A DNA stretch of 64,000 bases from Escherichia phage vB_EcoM-CHD16UKE1. A model generated the notes under the pieces. It made no database searches and was not told where the DNA came from. It saw only the letters and a program-made list of their open reading frames with translations. The stretch lies in sequence record MZ234030.1. One strand, 5' to 3'. The position numbers were made by a program, and so were the translations under genes. The number at the start of each line of letters is the position of its first letter. Position 1 is the stretch's first letter. This document shows, piece after piece, positions 9,011 to 18,478 of the stretch.

Positions 9011-10824
9011 CAATTGAAAAAGAAATTGAAGGATTGATTCATAAAACTAATAAAGACCTTTTAAACGAGAATGCTAATAAAGATTCTCGTGTTTTTCCAA
9101 CTCAACGGGACCTTATGGCTGGTATTGTGTCTAAACACATTGCCAAAAATATGGTCCCGTCTTTTATTATGAAAGCGCATGAAAGCGGAATTATCCATTT
9201 CCACGATATTGATTATTCCCCTGCTCTTCCATTTACTAATTGTTGTTTAGTAGATTTAAAAGGAATGCTTGAGAACGGATTTAAGCTTGGTAATGCACAG
9301 ATTGAAACTCCTAAATCAATCGGTGTTGCTACTGCAATTATGGCACAAATTACTGCACAGGTTGCTTCTCACCAATATGGCGGAACTACATTTGCTAATG
9401 TCGATAAAGTACTTTCTCCTTATGTTAAACGCACCTATGCAAAACATATTGAGGATGCAGAAAAATGGCAAATCGCTGATGCGTTAAATTATGCTCAATC
9501 TAAAACAGAAAAAGATGTATACGATGCATTCCAAGCTTATGAATATGAAGTAAATACTCTCTTTAGTTCAAACGGACAGACTCCTTTTGTAACAATTACA
9601 TTTGGTACGGGAACTGACTGGACTGAACGAATGATTCAGAAAGCAATTCTGAAAAATCGTATTAAAGGTCTCGGTCGTGATGGGATAACTCCTATTTTCC
9701 CTAAGCTTGTTATGTTCGTTGAAGAAGGTGTTAATCTTTATAAAGACGATCCGAACTATGATATTAAGCAGCTTGCTCTAGAGTGTGCAAGCAAAAGGAT
9801 GTATCCTGATATTATTTCAGCTAAGAACAATAAAGCTATCACTGGTTCATCTGTTCCTGTTTCTCCAATGGGTTGCCGCAGTTTCTTGGGCGTATGGAAA
9901 GATTCGACTGGTAATGAAATTCTTGATGGACGTAATAATCTTGGTGTTGTAACACTGAATCTTCCTCGCATCGCGTTAGATTCTTATATTGGAACACAGT
10001 TCAATGAACAGAAATTTGTTGAATTGTTCAATGAACGAATGGATTTATGTTTTGAAGCTTTGATGTGTAGAATTAGTTCCTTAAAAGGAGTTAAAGCTAC
10101 TGTTGCTCCTATTCTTTACCAAGAAGGTGCATTTGGGGTTCGTCTTAAACCTGATGACGATATAATTGAGTTATTTAAAAACGGTAGAAGTTCAGTGTCT
10201 TTAGGATACATTGGTATTCACGAATTGAATATTCTTGTCGGTCGTGATATTGGACGAGAAATTTTAACTAAAATGAATGCTCATCTTAAACAGTGGACTG
10301 AAAGAACCGGATTTGCTTTTAGTTTATATTCGACTCCTGCTGAAAACCTTTGTTATCGCTTCTGTAAACTCGATACAGAAAAATATGGAAGCGTAAAAGA
10401 TGTTACCGATAAAGGCTGGTACACTAACAGTTTCCATGTCTCAGTAGAAGAAAATATTACTCCGTTTGAAAAGATTTCTCGTGAAGCGCCATATCATTTC
10501 ATTGCGACAGGTGGTCACATTTCTTATGTTGAACTTCCTGATATGAAAAATAACTTGAAAGGTCTTGAGGCCGTATGGGATTATGCTGCACAACATTTAG
10601 ATTATTTTGGTGTTAATATGCCAGTGGATAAATGTTTTACATGCGGAAGTACCCATGAAATGACTCCTACTGAAAACGGATTTGTTTGTTCTATTTGTGG
10701 AGAAACTGATCCTAAAAAGATGAATACAATAAGAAGAACATGTGGTTATTTGGGAAATCCGAACGAACGCGGATTTAATCTCGGCAAAAATAAAGAAATC
10801 ATGCATAGGGTTAAGCATCAATGA
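9007..10824 (+). CDS. nrdD: anaerobic ribonucleoside-triphosphate reductase NrdD (605 aa), uninterrupted
   Basis: ORF track; C-terminal glycyl-radical motif RRTCGYLG and Cys cluster. Confidence 0.9.
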   Translation: MTIEKEIEGLIHKTNKDLLNENANKDSRVFPTQRDLMAGIVSKHIAKNMVPSFIMKAHESGIIHFHDIDYSPALPFTNCCLVDLKGMLENGFKLGNAQIETPKSIGVATAIMAQITAQVASHQYGGTTFANVDKVLSPYVKRTYAKHIEDAEKWQIADALNYAQSKTEKDVYDAFQAYEYEVNTLFSSNGQTPFVTITFGTGTDWTERMIQKAILKNRIKGLGRDGITPIFPKLVMFVEEGVNLYKDDPNYDIKQLALECASKRMYPDIISAKNNKAITGSSVPVSPMGCRSFLGVWKDSTGNEILDGRNNLGVVTLNLPRIALDSYIGTQFNEQKFVELFNERMDLCFEALMCRISSLKGVKATVAPILYQEGAFGVRLKPDDDIIELFKNGRSSVSLGYIGIHELNILVGRDIGREILTKMNAHLKQWTERTGFAFSLYSTPAENLCYRFCKLDTEKYGSVKDVTDKGWYTNSFHVSVEENITPFEKISREAPYHFIATGGHISYVELPDMKNNLKGLEAVWDYAAQHLDYFGVNMPVDKCFTCGSTHEMTPTENGFVCSICGETDPKKMNTIRRTCGYLGNPNERGFNLGKNKEIMHRVKHQ

Positions 10825-11291
10825 ATTATGATAGATTTTATCCTTGCGATTTTGTGAATGGCCCTGGTTGCAGGGTCGTTCTTTTCGTTACAGGTTGTTT
10901 GCATAAATGCGAAGGGTGTTATAATAAATCAACATGGAATGCTAGAAATGGTATTCCATTCACTGGTGAAACACTAGAACAATTAATTGAATGTTTGAAT
11001 AATGATTATATAGAAGGATTAACTATAACTGGAGGAGACCCTCTCTATCCTGATAATCGAGATGTTATTCATTGCATTGTTCAAACAGTAAAAAATCTTT
11101 ATCCAAATAAAAGCATTTGGTTGTGGACAGGATATAAGTTTGAAGATATTAAACAACTAGAAATGCTTAAATATGTTGATGTTATTATTGATGGGAAGTA
11201 TGAGAAAAATCTTCCGACCAAAAAGCTGTGGAGAGGATCAGATAATCAGCGGCTTTGGTCAAATACCGATGGGGTGTGGACACATGATTAA
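10821..11291 (+). CDS. nrdG: anaerobic RNR activating protein NrdG (156 aa)
   Basis: ORF track; N-terminal Cys cluster; overlaps nrdD stop. Confidence 0.85.
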   Translation: MNYDRFYPCDFVNGPGCRVVLFVTGCLHKCEGCYNKSTWNARNGIPFTGETLEQLIECLNNDYIEGLTITGGDPLYPDNRDVIHCIVQTVKNLYPNKSIWLWTGYKFEDIKQLEMLKYVDVIIDGKYEKNLPTKKLWRGSDNQRLWSNTDGVWTHD

Positions 11292-11406
11292 ATTGAATTA
11301 CATTATGGATACTATAAATGATATGATTTTTCATTTTGGTCCAGAATTTTATTCGCAGTATAGTTTAGTGCTTATCAATGCTTGGTTAATCAATTAAGGG
11401 TAAAAT

Positions 11407-11622
11407 ATGTATAAATTTCGTAAAGGTTTAGCTGATTTTCTTACAACTGTAACATTCTTTCTGTTTATGGCAGTTGGAGCTATTTTCCTTATTCCTTTTA
11501 TTGCTATATTTTTCGTGATTAGTTTGATTTCTCCAGAAAAGGGTTTATCTTCTAGCGAGTTCAATGAGCGTCTGGATAAAATTACTAACAAGCTGAATTC
11601 TGTTCTTGATAAAAAGGCTTAA
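11407..11622 (+). CDS. small membrane protein (71 aa)
   Basis: ORF track; long hydrophobic segment. Confidence 0.4.
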   Translation: MYKFRKGLADFLTTVTFFLFMAVGAIFLIPFIAIFFVISLISPEKGLSSSEFNERLDKITNKLNSVLDKKA

Positions 11623-11624
11623 TT

Positions 11625-11936
11625 ATGATTAGTTTTGAGCGGTATGTGGTAGAGAGTTGGAAGGGTTTTGATATGTTCGGTAATGACTATTATTTTTACG
11701 AATGTAGTCTAAATCCTAGTTTTTGGGCTGGACGTGAACGAGATCTCGAAGAAATTAATGCTCGTGCCGAATTGTTAGGTGAACTGCCTACGGTTTATTT
11801 TACCTTTGATGCATCTGGATTTGTTATCCAGGTTTATTTTCCTGAAGAAAACTCTGGTGAGGATTCTGTTAACCCGCCATACTGGGCTTATCAAGGAATT
11901 ATTTCTCGTGGAACAAAACTCGAACTTAAAGAATAA
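11625..11936 (+). CDS. hypothetical protein (103 aa)
   Basis: ORF track. Confidence 0.45.
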   Translation: MISFERYVVESWKGFDMFGNDYYFYECSLNPSFWAGRERDLEEINARAELLGELPTVYFTFDASGFVIQVYFPEENSGEDSVNPPYWAYQGIISRGTKLELKE

Positions 11937-11937
11937 G

Positions 11938-12231
11938 ATTGAAATCTATGGCATCCCCGAAGAAGTAGGTCGTTGTCCTGGATGCCAATCAGTTACAAAA
12001 CTTCTAAAGGAGCTCAATGCTCCTTTTACTTTCTATAAAGTTCTTACAAATAACGGTAAGATTGAGTATGATCGTCCACTGATTGTATCTCTTGCTAAAC
12101 GCGCTGGATTCACATCTCTTAACATTCGTTATCCAGTCATTTTCATTAATGATTCTAGACAAAAGAACATTAAACATTTCAAAGAAACTCTCATTTCACT
12201 TGGATATGATAGAGATATCATAGAAGACTAA
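11938..12231 (+). CDS. glutaredoxin-like protein (NrdH-like; CPGC active site), start codon unresolved (no in-frame ATG)
   Basis: frame of ORF track 11779..12231; translation KIEIYGIPEEVGRCPGCQ...YPVIFIND begins right after upstream stop. Confidence 0.45.
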   Translation: MEIYGIPEEVGRCPGCQSVTKLLKELNAPFTFYKVLTNNGKIEYDRPLIVSLAKRAGFTSLNIRYPVIFINDSRQKNIKHFKETLISLGYDRDIIED

Positions 12232-12234
12232 GAC

Positions 12235-12258
12235 GGGCCCTCTGGGTCCTTCTTTCTC
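12235..12258 (+). terminator. GC-rich hairpin (GGGCCC tct GGGTCC) with T-rich tail
   Basis: read from sequence after the glutaredoxin-like ORF. Confidence 0.4.
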
Positions 12259-12329
12259 ACATTCTGTATATTACCATTCTAAGCTATCGTTCCCTTCTTA
12301 TCATTCCCTAAAATAATTTTCACAAAGTT

Positions 12330-12359
12330 GTTTACAACGAGCTCAAACTGTGGTATTAT
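12330..12359 (+). promoter_or_regulatory. T4-type early promoter (GTTTAC / TATTAT)
   Basis: gtttacaacgagctcaaactgtggtattat. Confidence 0.55.
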
Positions 12360-12389
12360 TAACATATGAATTGCCTTTGAGGAATTGAT

Positions 12390-12572
12390 ATGGTTATGGT
12401 TGATAAAGAAATTAAAAAGGGACAGTATTATCTCATTAATGGTAATGCTGTTCGTGTTACTTACGTAAATGGTTATGATGTTTATTATCTTATACTTAAG
12501 TTACATAAACACATGATTTGCGATCGTGCTGCATTTAGTTCAGTTGCTAAGGAAATTAAACTCCATGGGTAA
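12390..12572 (+). CDS. hypothetical protein (60 aa)
   Basis: ORF track. Confidence 0.4.
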   Translation: MVMVDKEIKKGQYYLINGNAVRVTYVNGYDVYYLILKLHKHMICDRAAFSSVAKEIKLHG

Positions 12573-12858
12573 AACGTATCGTCGTAAAGACTTGAAAGTT
12601 CGTGATTATGACTATTTCGGAAAGCGTAAAGCTCCTGATGGTGTAAGTCATAAAGATATGGTTGAAAACATTTTTCGCTCTGATAAATGGCGTAGAATGA
12701 AAGGCATCGATTCAGAAGTTAAAGATGAGCTAAATCGCCAATTACGTGGTGAAGTAAGAAAGTTGAAAAAATCAGTTTACATTGACGATGATTTTGATTA
12801 CAATACTTCTCAACGAGTTGCTAAGCGTAAATCAAACGAGTGTTATCGTTATAGCTGA
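12565..12858 (+). CDS. hypothetical basic protein (97 aa from ATG 12565)
   Basis: ORF track 12526..12858; ATG 12565 overlapping upstream stop. Confidence 0.4.
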   Translation: MGKTYRRKDLKVRDYDYFGKRKAPDGVSHKDMVENIFRSDKWRRMKGIDSEVKDELNRQLRGEVRKLKKSVYIDDDFDYNTSQRVAKRKSNECYRYS

Positions 12859-12997
12859 GGAAAATATGAATATCAAACGAATGCTTTTTAAGCAGGGGTT
12901 ATATACTTTAAATGTTACTCCAAAAGGCGATACAACTAAGTGGTCAGTAAATGACTGGATTAAATTTATTGATGAAAATGGCAATTGGGAAATTTAA

Positions 12998-13198
12998 ATG
13001 AATCCTGAATCTAAATTATCGCAGCGAATTGCTGAAGAACGCGCCAAATTTTTCCAGAACATGAAACACAATGGTATTGAGGATGAAGTTTTTCTAAATT
13101 GGTTCTGGAATAATAAGTATGCAGCATGTGAAGGAGCTTTGTCATTGTCAGTCGCAATGATGTACGAAGGCTGGAAGGGTGCCAAAAAGTTTAGCTAA
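12998..13198 (+). CDS. hypothetical protein (66 aa)
   Basis: ORF track. Confidence 0.4.
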   Translation: MNPESKLSQRIAEERAKFFQNMKHNGIEDEVFLNWFWNNKYAACEGALSLSVAMMYEGWKGAKKFS

Positions 13199-13215
13199 GG
13201 GCTTCGGCCCTTTTT
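13199..13215 (+). terminator. GGGC-UUCG-GCCC tetraloop hairpin with T-run
   Basis: gggcttcggccctttttt read from sequence. Confidence 0.6.
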
Positions 13216-13250
13216 GGATAATAAAATTTTAACGTAATTGAGGATAATGT

Positions 13251-13577
13251 ATGACTATTCAAATTAAAAACGCCATCAATTCTTACGCATATGATAAAGT
13301 AGTTTCTTTGCTAGAAAAAGGCGATATTGTAACTCCTCAAATTTTGGATAAATGGGAAAAAGAGCTTCATCAGACGATGAAACAGAATGATCAGAAGATT
13401 GGACGCAATACTGTCCGTGAATTGTTGGTTCAATATATCTTGTCAGAATTTGATGTTAAAGCTTTTGGTGTAGAATCTAAAGCTTATCAAAAGCATGAAA
13501 TTTCCGATAAAACTATTCGTCGCATGAAAAATCAACGTAAGAAAAAATTTGCAGACCTGAAAATTACTAAGGTATAA
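13251..13577 (+). CDS. hypothetical protein (108 aa)
   Basis: ORF track. Confidence 0.45.
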   Translation: MTIQIKNAINSYAYDKVVSLLEKGDIVTPQILDKWEKELHQTMKQNDQKIGRNTVRELLVQYILSEFDVKAFGVESKAYQKHEISDKTIRRMKNQRKKKFADLKITKV

Positions 13578-13579
13578 TT

Positions 13580-13795
13580 ATGAACGAAGCTCTTATTAAC
13601 GATTTGCGTCTTGCTGGATATGAAGTAAATACAAATGGCATTGGTTTAACTCAAATTGAAGGAAACGGATTCATCCTTGAGTATGAATTTAGCCAATGGT
13701 GGTTATATGCTAATTACGGCGAATTGATTGAATATGTTGATCAATTTGATTCACTAGATGCAGCTCTTGAAGCGGCTAAGTTGATGAATGTATGA
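13580..13795 (+). CDS. hypothetical protein (71 aa)
   Basis: ORF track. Confidence 0.4.
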   Translation: MNEALINDLRLAGYEVNTNGIGLTQIEGNGFILEYEFSQWWLYANYGELIEYVDQFDSLDAALEAAKLMNV

Positions 13796-14061
13796 AATTT
13801 ATTAATATTTCTATTACTATTGAAAATTATGGCATTTTCTATGTTGACAAATACATGAAAATTTCATTTTTCCCAAATAAGACTGGTGTTGGATATTGGG
13901 AAAGCCATGTTTCTGAATTAAATGAAAGTGAATATGTTAGTACACATGAAAAGTTTTTAGACTTTTTATATCATGCTGATTTAACTAGTCATTACATAGA
14001 TATTCATGAATTTAAAAAGATGATGGAAAAAGTGTTCCAAGCATACTGTTTACTTAGATAA
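13792..14061 (+). CDS. hypothetical protein (89 aa)
   Basis: ORF track. Confidence 0.4.
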   Translation: MKFINISITIENYGIFYVDKYMKISFFPNKTGVGYWESHVSELNESEYVSTHEKFLDFLYHADLTSHYIDIHEFKKMMEKVFQAYCLLR

Positions 14062-14139
14062 CTGATATCCTCTATGCTTTAAGATAGATCTTCAAATATT
14101 ATGATATAATAGATCTATGAATTGAGCTAAGAGGTGAAA

Positions 14140-14697
14140 ATGTCAGAAACTAAGCCTAAATATAATTACGTAAACAATAAAGAGCTTTTACAAGCTATTA
14201 TTGATTGGAAAACAGAATTAGCAAATAATAAAGACCCAAATAAAGTAGTTCGTCAGAATGATACTATCGGATTAGCCATTATGCTTATTGCAGAAGGCTT
14301 ATCTAAACGTTTCAACTTTTCAGGATACACCCAGTCTTGGAAACAAGAAATGATTGCAGATGGTATAGAAGCTTCTATTAAGGGGCTTCACAATTTTGAT
14401 GAAACGAAATATAAAAACCCGCATGCATATATAACTCAAGCTTGTTTTAATGCATTCGTCCAACGTATTAAAAAAGAACGTAAGGAAGTTGCAAAGAAAT
14501 ACAGTTACTTCGTTCACAATGTCTATGACAGCCGTGACGACGATATGGTTGCGTTAGTAGATGAAACTTTTATTCAAGACATCTACGATAAAATGACGCA
14601 TTACGAAGAATCAACCTATAGAACACCGGGGGCTGAAAAGAAAAGTGTTGTAGACGATTCTCCTAGTTTGGATTTTTTATATGAGGCTAACGATTAA
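14140..14697 (+). CDS. 55: late-transcription sigma factor gp55 (185 aa from ATG 14140)
   Basis: ORF track 14134..14697; sequence [17 protein letters not shown] and length match recalled T4 gp55. Confidence 0.85.
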
Positions 14698-14899
14698 CCT
14701 CTCCGGATTCTTGGAAGAAATACCTGAAGTTGAAGCTATTCCCTATTTACTTAAAATGTATCTCAGGGAAGTTTTAGCTCTTGACATTGATATTGATCCA
14801 GAAAATCCGTATGATACCGCTTTTAAATCTAATGGTGTAGAATTAAATTACAGGTATCATTTAACAGATGATGATTTTTATTTTATATTAGAGAAATAA
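14681..14899 (+). CDS. hypothetical protein (72 aa)
   Basis: ORF track. Confidence 0.35.
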
Positions 14900-14900
14900 T

Positions 14901-15218
14901 ATGACTGATAAACCCGAAATTAATGATGAAGTGGAAAAGCTTATTTCTTCTATTGAAGAAAAGAACCGTCTTGAAGCAGAAAGAAAAGCAAATAAGTTAT
15001 TGTCTAAAAACAAACGCGAACTGAATCGTCTTTATAAGCACGCTCAGATCGCAGCTGAAAACAATAATTTTGCTCAATACGAATATGCTATCAAGAAAAG
15101 TCGGGATATTCTGAAACAGCCATATAACGATGAACTCATCAGTATTCTTTGGAAGACTACTAGATCGCAGATTGAGGATATGATTGATGCTTACACACGT
15201 AAAATTCAAGCGTCTTAA
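14901..15218 (+). CDS. hypothetical coiled-coil protein (105 aa)
   Basis: ORF track. Confidence 0.4.
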   Translation: MTDKPEINDEVEKLISSIEEKNRLEAERKANKLLSKNKRELNRLYKHAQIAAENNNFAQYEYAIKKSRDILKQPYNDELISILWKTTRSQIEDMIDAYTRKIQAS

Positions 15219-15390
15219 AATTAATGCAGGATTTACTGAATCTTTGAATGGTCATCTTTGTGTGAAAATTTCTGAAAAAGAATACCATGATAGTTCAATT
15301 AAAGAAGTTAATCCTCCTATTGTAAGAGCAGACCCCAATATGAAAGTGTGGGTTGATTCTTATCAAGTCAAAAAATGGTGGCAGTTATGA
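15184..15390 (+). CDS. hypothetical protein (68 aa)
   Basis: ORF track. Confidence 0.3.
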   Translation: MMLTHVKFKRLKINAGFTESLNGHLCVKISEKEYHDSSIKEVNPPIVRADPNMKVWVDSYQVKKWWQL

Positions 15391-15566
15391 AAGATGAACA
15401 CCAGACTTCTGAAATAGATTATAATAAAATTCGTTCCTCTCAAGAGGAAATGATGAGACGCTTTAAAGAGTCTCATGATAAAGCTAAAGCAGAAGGAACT
15501 ATAAAATATAAGCGCATAAAATTTAAAAGTTCTAACGAGCCTCTGTATGGCGTATTATGTGGATAG
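15375..15566 (+). CDS. hypothetical protein (63 aa)
   Basis: ORF track. Confidence 0.3.
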   Translation: MVAVMKDEHQTSEIDYNKIRSSQEEMMRRFKESHDKAKAEGTIKYKRIKFKSSNEPLYGVLCG

Positions 15567-15579
15567 GAGCTTCGGCTCC
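15566..15579 (+). other. GGAGC-UUCG-GCUCC tetraloop hairpin (no U-run; RNA-stability or processing element)
   Basis: ggagcttcggctcc read from sequence. Confidence 0.5.
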
Positions 15580-15584
15580 TATAT

Positions 15585-15608
15585 TGCTTTATAAATTTTT
15601 GGTAAAAT
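15585..15608 (+). promoter_or_regulatory. candidate middle promoter (MotA box TGCTTTA, 11 nt, TAAAAT -10)
   Basis: tgctttataaatttttggtaaaat upstream of a-gt. Confidence 0.4.
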
Positions 15609-15632
15609 AAACCAAAACAAAGAGGATATTAA

Positions 15633-16835
15633 ATGAAAGTATGTATTTTTATGGCTCGAGGTCTTGAAGGTTGTGGTGTAACAAAATTCTCACTCGAGCA
15701 ACGTGATTGGTTTATTAAAAATGGTCATGAAGTAACTTTGGTTTATGCTAAAGATAAATCATTTACTCGTAATTGCGCGCATGATTATAAATCATTTTCA
15801 ATTCCGGTTTTATTGGCAAAAGAATATGATAAAACACTTAAGCTGGTAAATGATTGTGATATTCTAATTATCAATTCAGTTCCTGCTACTTCGGTTGAAG
15901 AAGACACTATTAATAACTATAAAAAAATTATTGATAACATTAAACCTTCTGTTCGTGTTGTAGTTTATCAACATGACCATTCTTCTCTTTCTTTGCGTCG
16001 AAATTTGGGATTAGAAGAAACTGTTCGTCGAGCTGATGTTATTTTTAGTCATTCTGATAATGGTGATTTTAATAAAGTTCTGATGAAAGAATGGTATCCA
16101 GAAACTGTTTCTCTGTTTGATGATATTGAAGAAGCACCGACAGTATATAACTTTCAGCCTCCTATGGATATTGCGAAGGTTCGGTCAACCTACTGGAAAG
16201 ATGTTTCTGAAATTAACATGAATATCAACCGTTGGATTGGTCGTACGACTACATGGAAAGGTTTTTATCAGATGTTTGATTTTCATGAAAAACATCTTAA
16301 ACCTGCAGGACTAAGTACTATTATGGAAGGTCTGGAACGTTCTCCAGCGTTCATTCCTATTAAAGAAAAAGGAATTCCATACGAGTATTATCGTCTTCAT
16401 CAAGTAGACCAAATTAAAATTGCTCCTAATTTGCCAACGCAAATTCTTGACCGTTATGTAAATAGCGAAATGCTTGAACGCATGAGTAAATCCGGATTTG
16501 GTTATCAGCTGAGTAAGTTGGACAAAAAATATCTACAACGTTCTTTAGAATATACTCATCTCGAGCTTGGTGCATGTGGAACAATTCCGGTATTTTGGAA
16601 ATCTACTGGCGAAAATTTAAAATTCCGTGTTGATAATACTCCTTTGACCTCGCATGATAGCGGTATCATTTGGTTTGATGAAAATGATATGGAATCAACG
16701 TTTGAACGTATTAAAGAACTGTCATCTGACCGAGCTCTTTATGACCGTGAGCGAGAAAAAGCATATGAATTTTTGTATCAGCATCAAGATTCAAGCTTCT
16801 GCTTTAAAGAACAGTTTGACATTATTACAAAATAA
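15633..16835 (+). CDS. a-gt: DNA alpha-glucosyltransferase (400 aa)
   Basis: ORF track; length and position (between 55 and 47) as in T4. Confidence 0.75.
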   Translation: MKVCIFMARGLEGCGVTKFSLEQRDWFIKNGHEVTLVYAKDKSFTRNCAHDYKSFSIPVLLAKEYDKTLKLVNDCDILIINSVPATSVEEDTINNYKKIIDNIKPSVRVVVYQHDHSSLSLRRNLGLEETVRRADVIFSHSDNGDFNKVLMKEWYPETVSLFDDIEEAPTVYNFQPPMDIAKVRSTYWKDVSEINMNINRWIGRTTTWKGFYQMFDFHEKHLKPAGLSTIMEGLERSPAFIPIKEKGIPYEYYRLHQVDQIKIAPNLPTQILDRYVNSEMLERMSKSGFGYQLSKLDKKYLQRSLEYTHLELGACGTIPVFWKSTGENLKFRVDNTPLTSHDSGIIWFDENDMESTFERIKELSSDRALYDREREKAYEFLYQHQDSSFCFKEQFDIITK

Positions 16836-16836
16836 A

Positions 16837-16851
16837 GGGCTTCGGCCCTTT
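16837..16851 (+). terminator. GGGC-UUCG-GCCC hairpin with T-run
   Basis: gggcttcggcccttt immediately after a-gt stop. Confidence 0.6.
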
Positions 16852-16874
16852 AGCTTTATACGGAGTTTGATATA

Positions 16875-17015
16875 ATGATATTTCTTGGATATGTGATACT
16901 TTTTCTTGCATTTTATCTATTCACTAGAGCATGCTGGATTGGTTTCTTTAGCACTCCAGATGGATTTATTTCAATAATTTTATTTTGCATTTCAATGACG
17001 GTTCTTGATATATGA
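16875..17015 (+). CDS. small membrane protein (46 aa)
   Basis: ATG 16875 to TGA 17013-17015; hydrophobic translation. Confidence 0.3.
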   Translation: MIFLGYVILFLAFYLFTRACWIGFFSTPDGFISIILFCISMTVLDI

Positions 17016-18031
17016 AAATTTTAAATTTAGGTGATTGGCATTTAGGCGTTAAAGCCGATGATGAGTGGGTTCAATCCATTCAGTTGGATGGAATTAAACA
17101 AGCAATAGAATATTCTAAGAAAAATGGAATTACTACATGGATTCAATACGGCGATATTTTTGATGTGCGAAAAGCAATCACGCATAAAACTATGGAGTTC
17201 GCTCGTGAAATAGTTCAAATGCTTGATGATGCTGGTATTACCCTACATACTGTTGTAGGAAACCATGATATGCACTTTAAAAATACTTTAACTCCAAATG
17301 CCTCTACTGAGCTTTTGGCTAAATATCATAATGTTAAAGTATATGATAAGCCTACTACAGTAGATTTTGACGGATGTTTGATTGATTTAATTCCTTGGAT
17401 GTGTGAAGAAAATACTGGTGAAATTCTTGAACACATCAAAACTTCATCTGCTTCTTTTTGTGTTGGTCACTGGGAGCTGAATGGATTTTATTTTTATAAA
17501 GGAATGAAATCTCACGGTCTTGAACCTGATTTCCTTAAGACTTATAAAGAAGTGTGGTCTGGTCACTTCCATACTATTTCTGAGGCTGCTAACGTCAGAT
17601 ATATTGGGACACCATGGACACTAACAGCAGGTGACGAGAATGACCCTCGTGGGTTCTGGATGTTTGATACAGAAACAGAACGAATGGAATTTATTCCAAA
17701 TAATACTACCTGGCATCGTAGAATTCATTATCCATTTAAAGGAAAAATTGACTATAAAGATTTTACAAATCTATCAGTACGTGTTATAGTAACTGAAGTA
17801 GACAAAAATCTGACGAAGTTCGAATCTGAACTAGAGAAAGTTGTGCATTCATTACGAGTTGTGTCAAAGATTGATAACTCTGTCGAGTCAGATGACAGTG
17901 AAGAAGTTGAAGTTCAATCGCTTCAGACATTGATGGAAGAATACATTAATGCAATTCCAGACATCACCGATTCTGACCGTGAAGCACTTATTCAATATGC
18001 AAATCAGCTATATGTAGAGGCAACACAATGA
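17012..18031 (+). CDS. 47: recombination nuclease subunit gp47 (Mre11-like), 339 aa
   Basis: ORF track; phosphoesterase motifs (GDWH, GNHD); length matches T4 gp47. Confidence 0.85.
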   Translation: MKILNLGDWHLGVKADDEWVQSIQLDGIKQAIEYSKKNGITTWIQYGDIFDVRKAITHKTMEFAREIVQMLDDAGITLHTVVGNHDMHFKNTLTPNASTELLAKYHNVKVYDKPTTVDFDGCLIDLIPWMCEENTGEILEHIKTSSASFCVGHWELNGFYFYKGMKSHGLEPDFLKTYKEVWSGHFHTISEAANVRYIGTPWTLTAGDENDPRGFWMFDTETERMEFIPNNTTWHRRIHYPFKGKIDYKDFTNLSVRVIVTEVDKNLTKFESELEKVVHSLRVVSKIDNSVESDDSEEVEVQSLQTLMEEYINAIPDITDSDREALIQYANQLYVEATQ

Positions 18032-18291
18032 CTTTTGATGAATTTAAAAATGTTATGATGAGTCAGCATTTTGAATGCGAAGTAAAAGATGATATTGGGC
18101 ATAAAGAAATTATTGAATATTGGTTTGAACCGTTAGAGGTTGAAGATAATTGTATTAAAAAGGTTACAGTCTGCACTGACTGGGCTGTATCTTTTAACTT
18201 CAACATTTTAGATAATGACACACCTAAATCATTACGAGATATGGCCGTATCTTGTATTAAGGATGCATACTGTGAAGTTTTCGACATTTGA
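18028..18291 (+). CDS. hypothetical protein (87 aa)
   Basis: ORF track. Confidence 0.4.
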   Translation: MTFDEFKNVMMSQHFECEVKDDIGHKEIIEYWFEPLEVEDNCIKKVTVCTDWAVSFNFNILDNDTPKSLRDMAVSCIKDAYCEVFDI

Positions 18292-18478
18292 CATTAATGA
18301 TGAATTCATAGCAAACATTGATTATACCGAAGAAGATTCTAGATATGTTGGAATAATTTATATTACATCAAAAACAGCACAAGGCGTTGTTTGCATGGCT
18401 GAATTTGATGAATACTTTTTAGATTATGATGATATGATAGAATGGTCTAAAAGATACATTAAAAGGAATCTTTTGTGA
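18215..18478 (+). CDS. hypothetical protein (87 aa)
   Basis: ORF track. Confidence 0.35.
   Translation: MTHLNHYEIWPYLVLRMHTVKFSTFDINDEFIANIDYTEEDSRYVGIIYITSKTAQGVVCMAEFDEYFLDYDDMIEWSKRYIKRNLL

Noticed and set aside
9007-10824. Group I intron or homing endonuclease in nrdD (as in T4)
   Set aside because: nrdD is one continuous 605-aa ORF with the glycyl-radical motif intact; no intron-sized interruption.
14048-14110. Early or middle promoter immediately upstream of gene 55
   Set aside because: A GTTTAC and a TGCTTTA box are present but their spacing to any -10-like hexamer does not fit the 17-18 nt or 11-13 nt rules; left uncalled.
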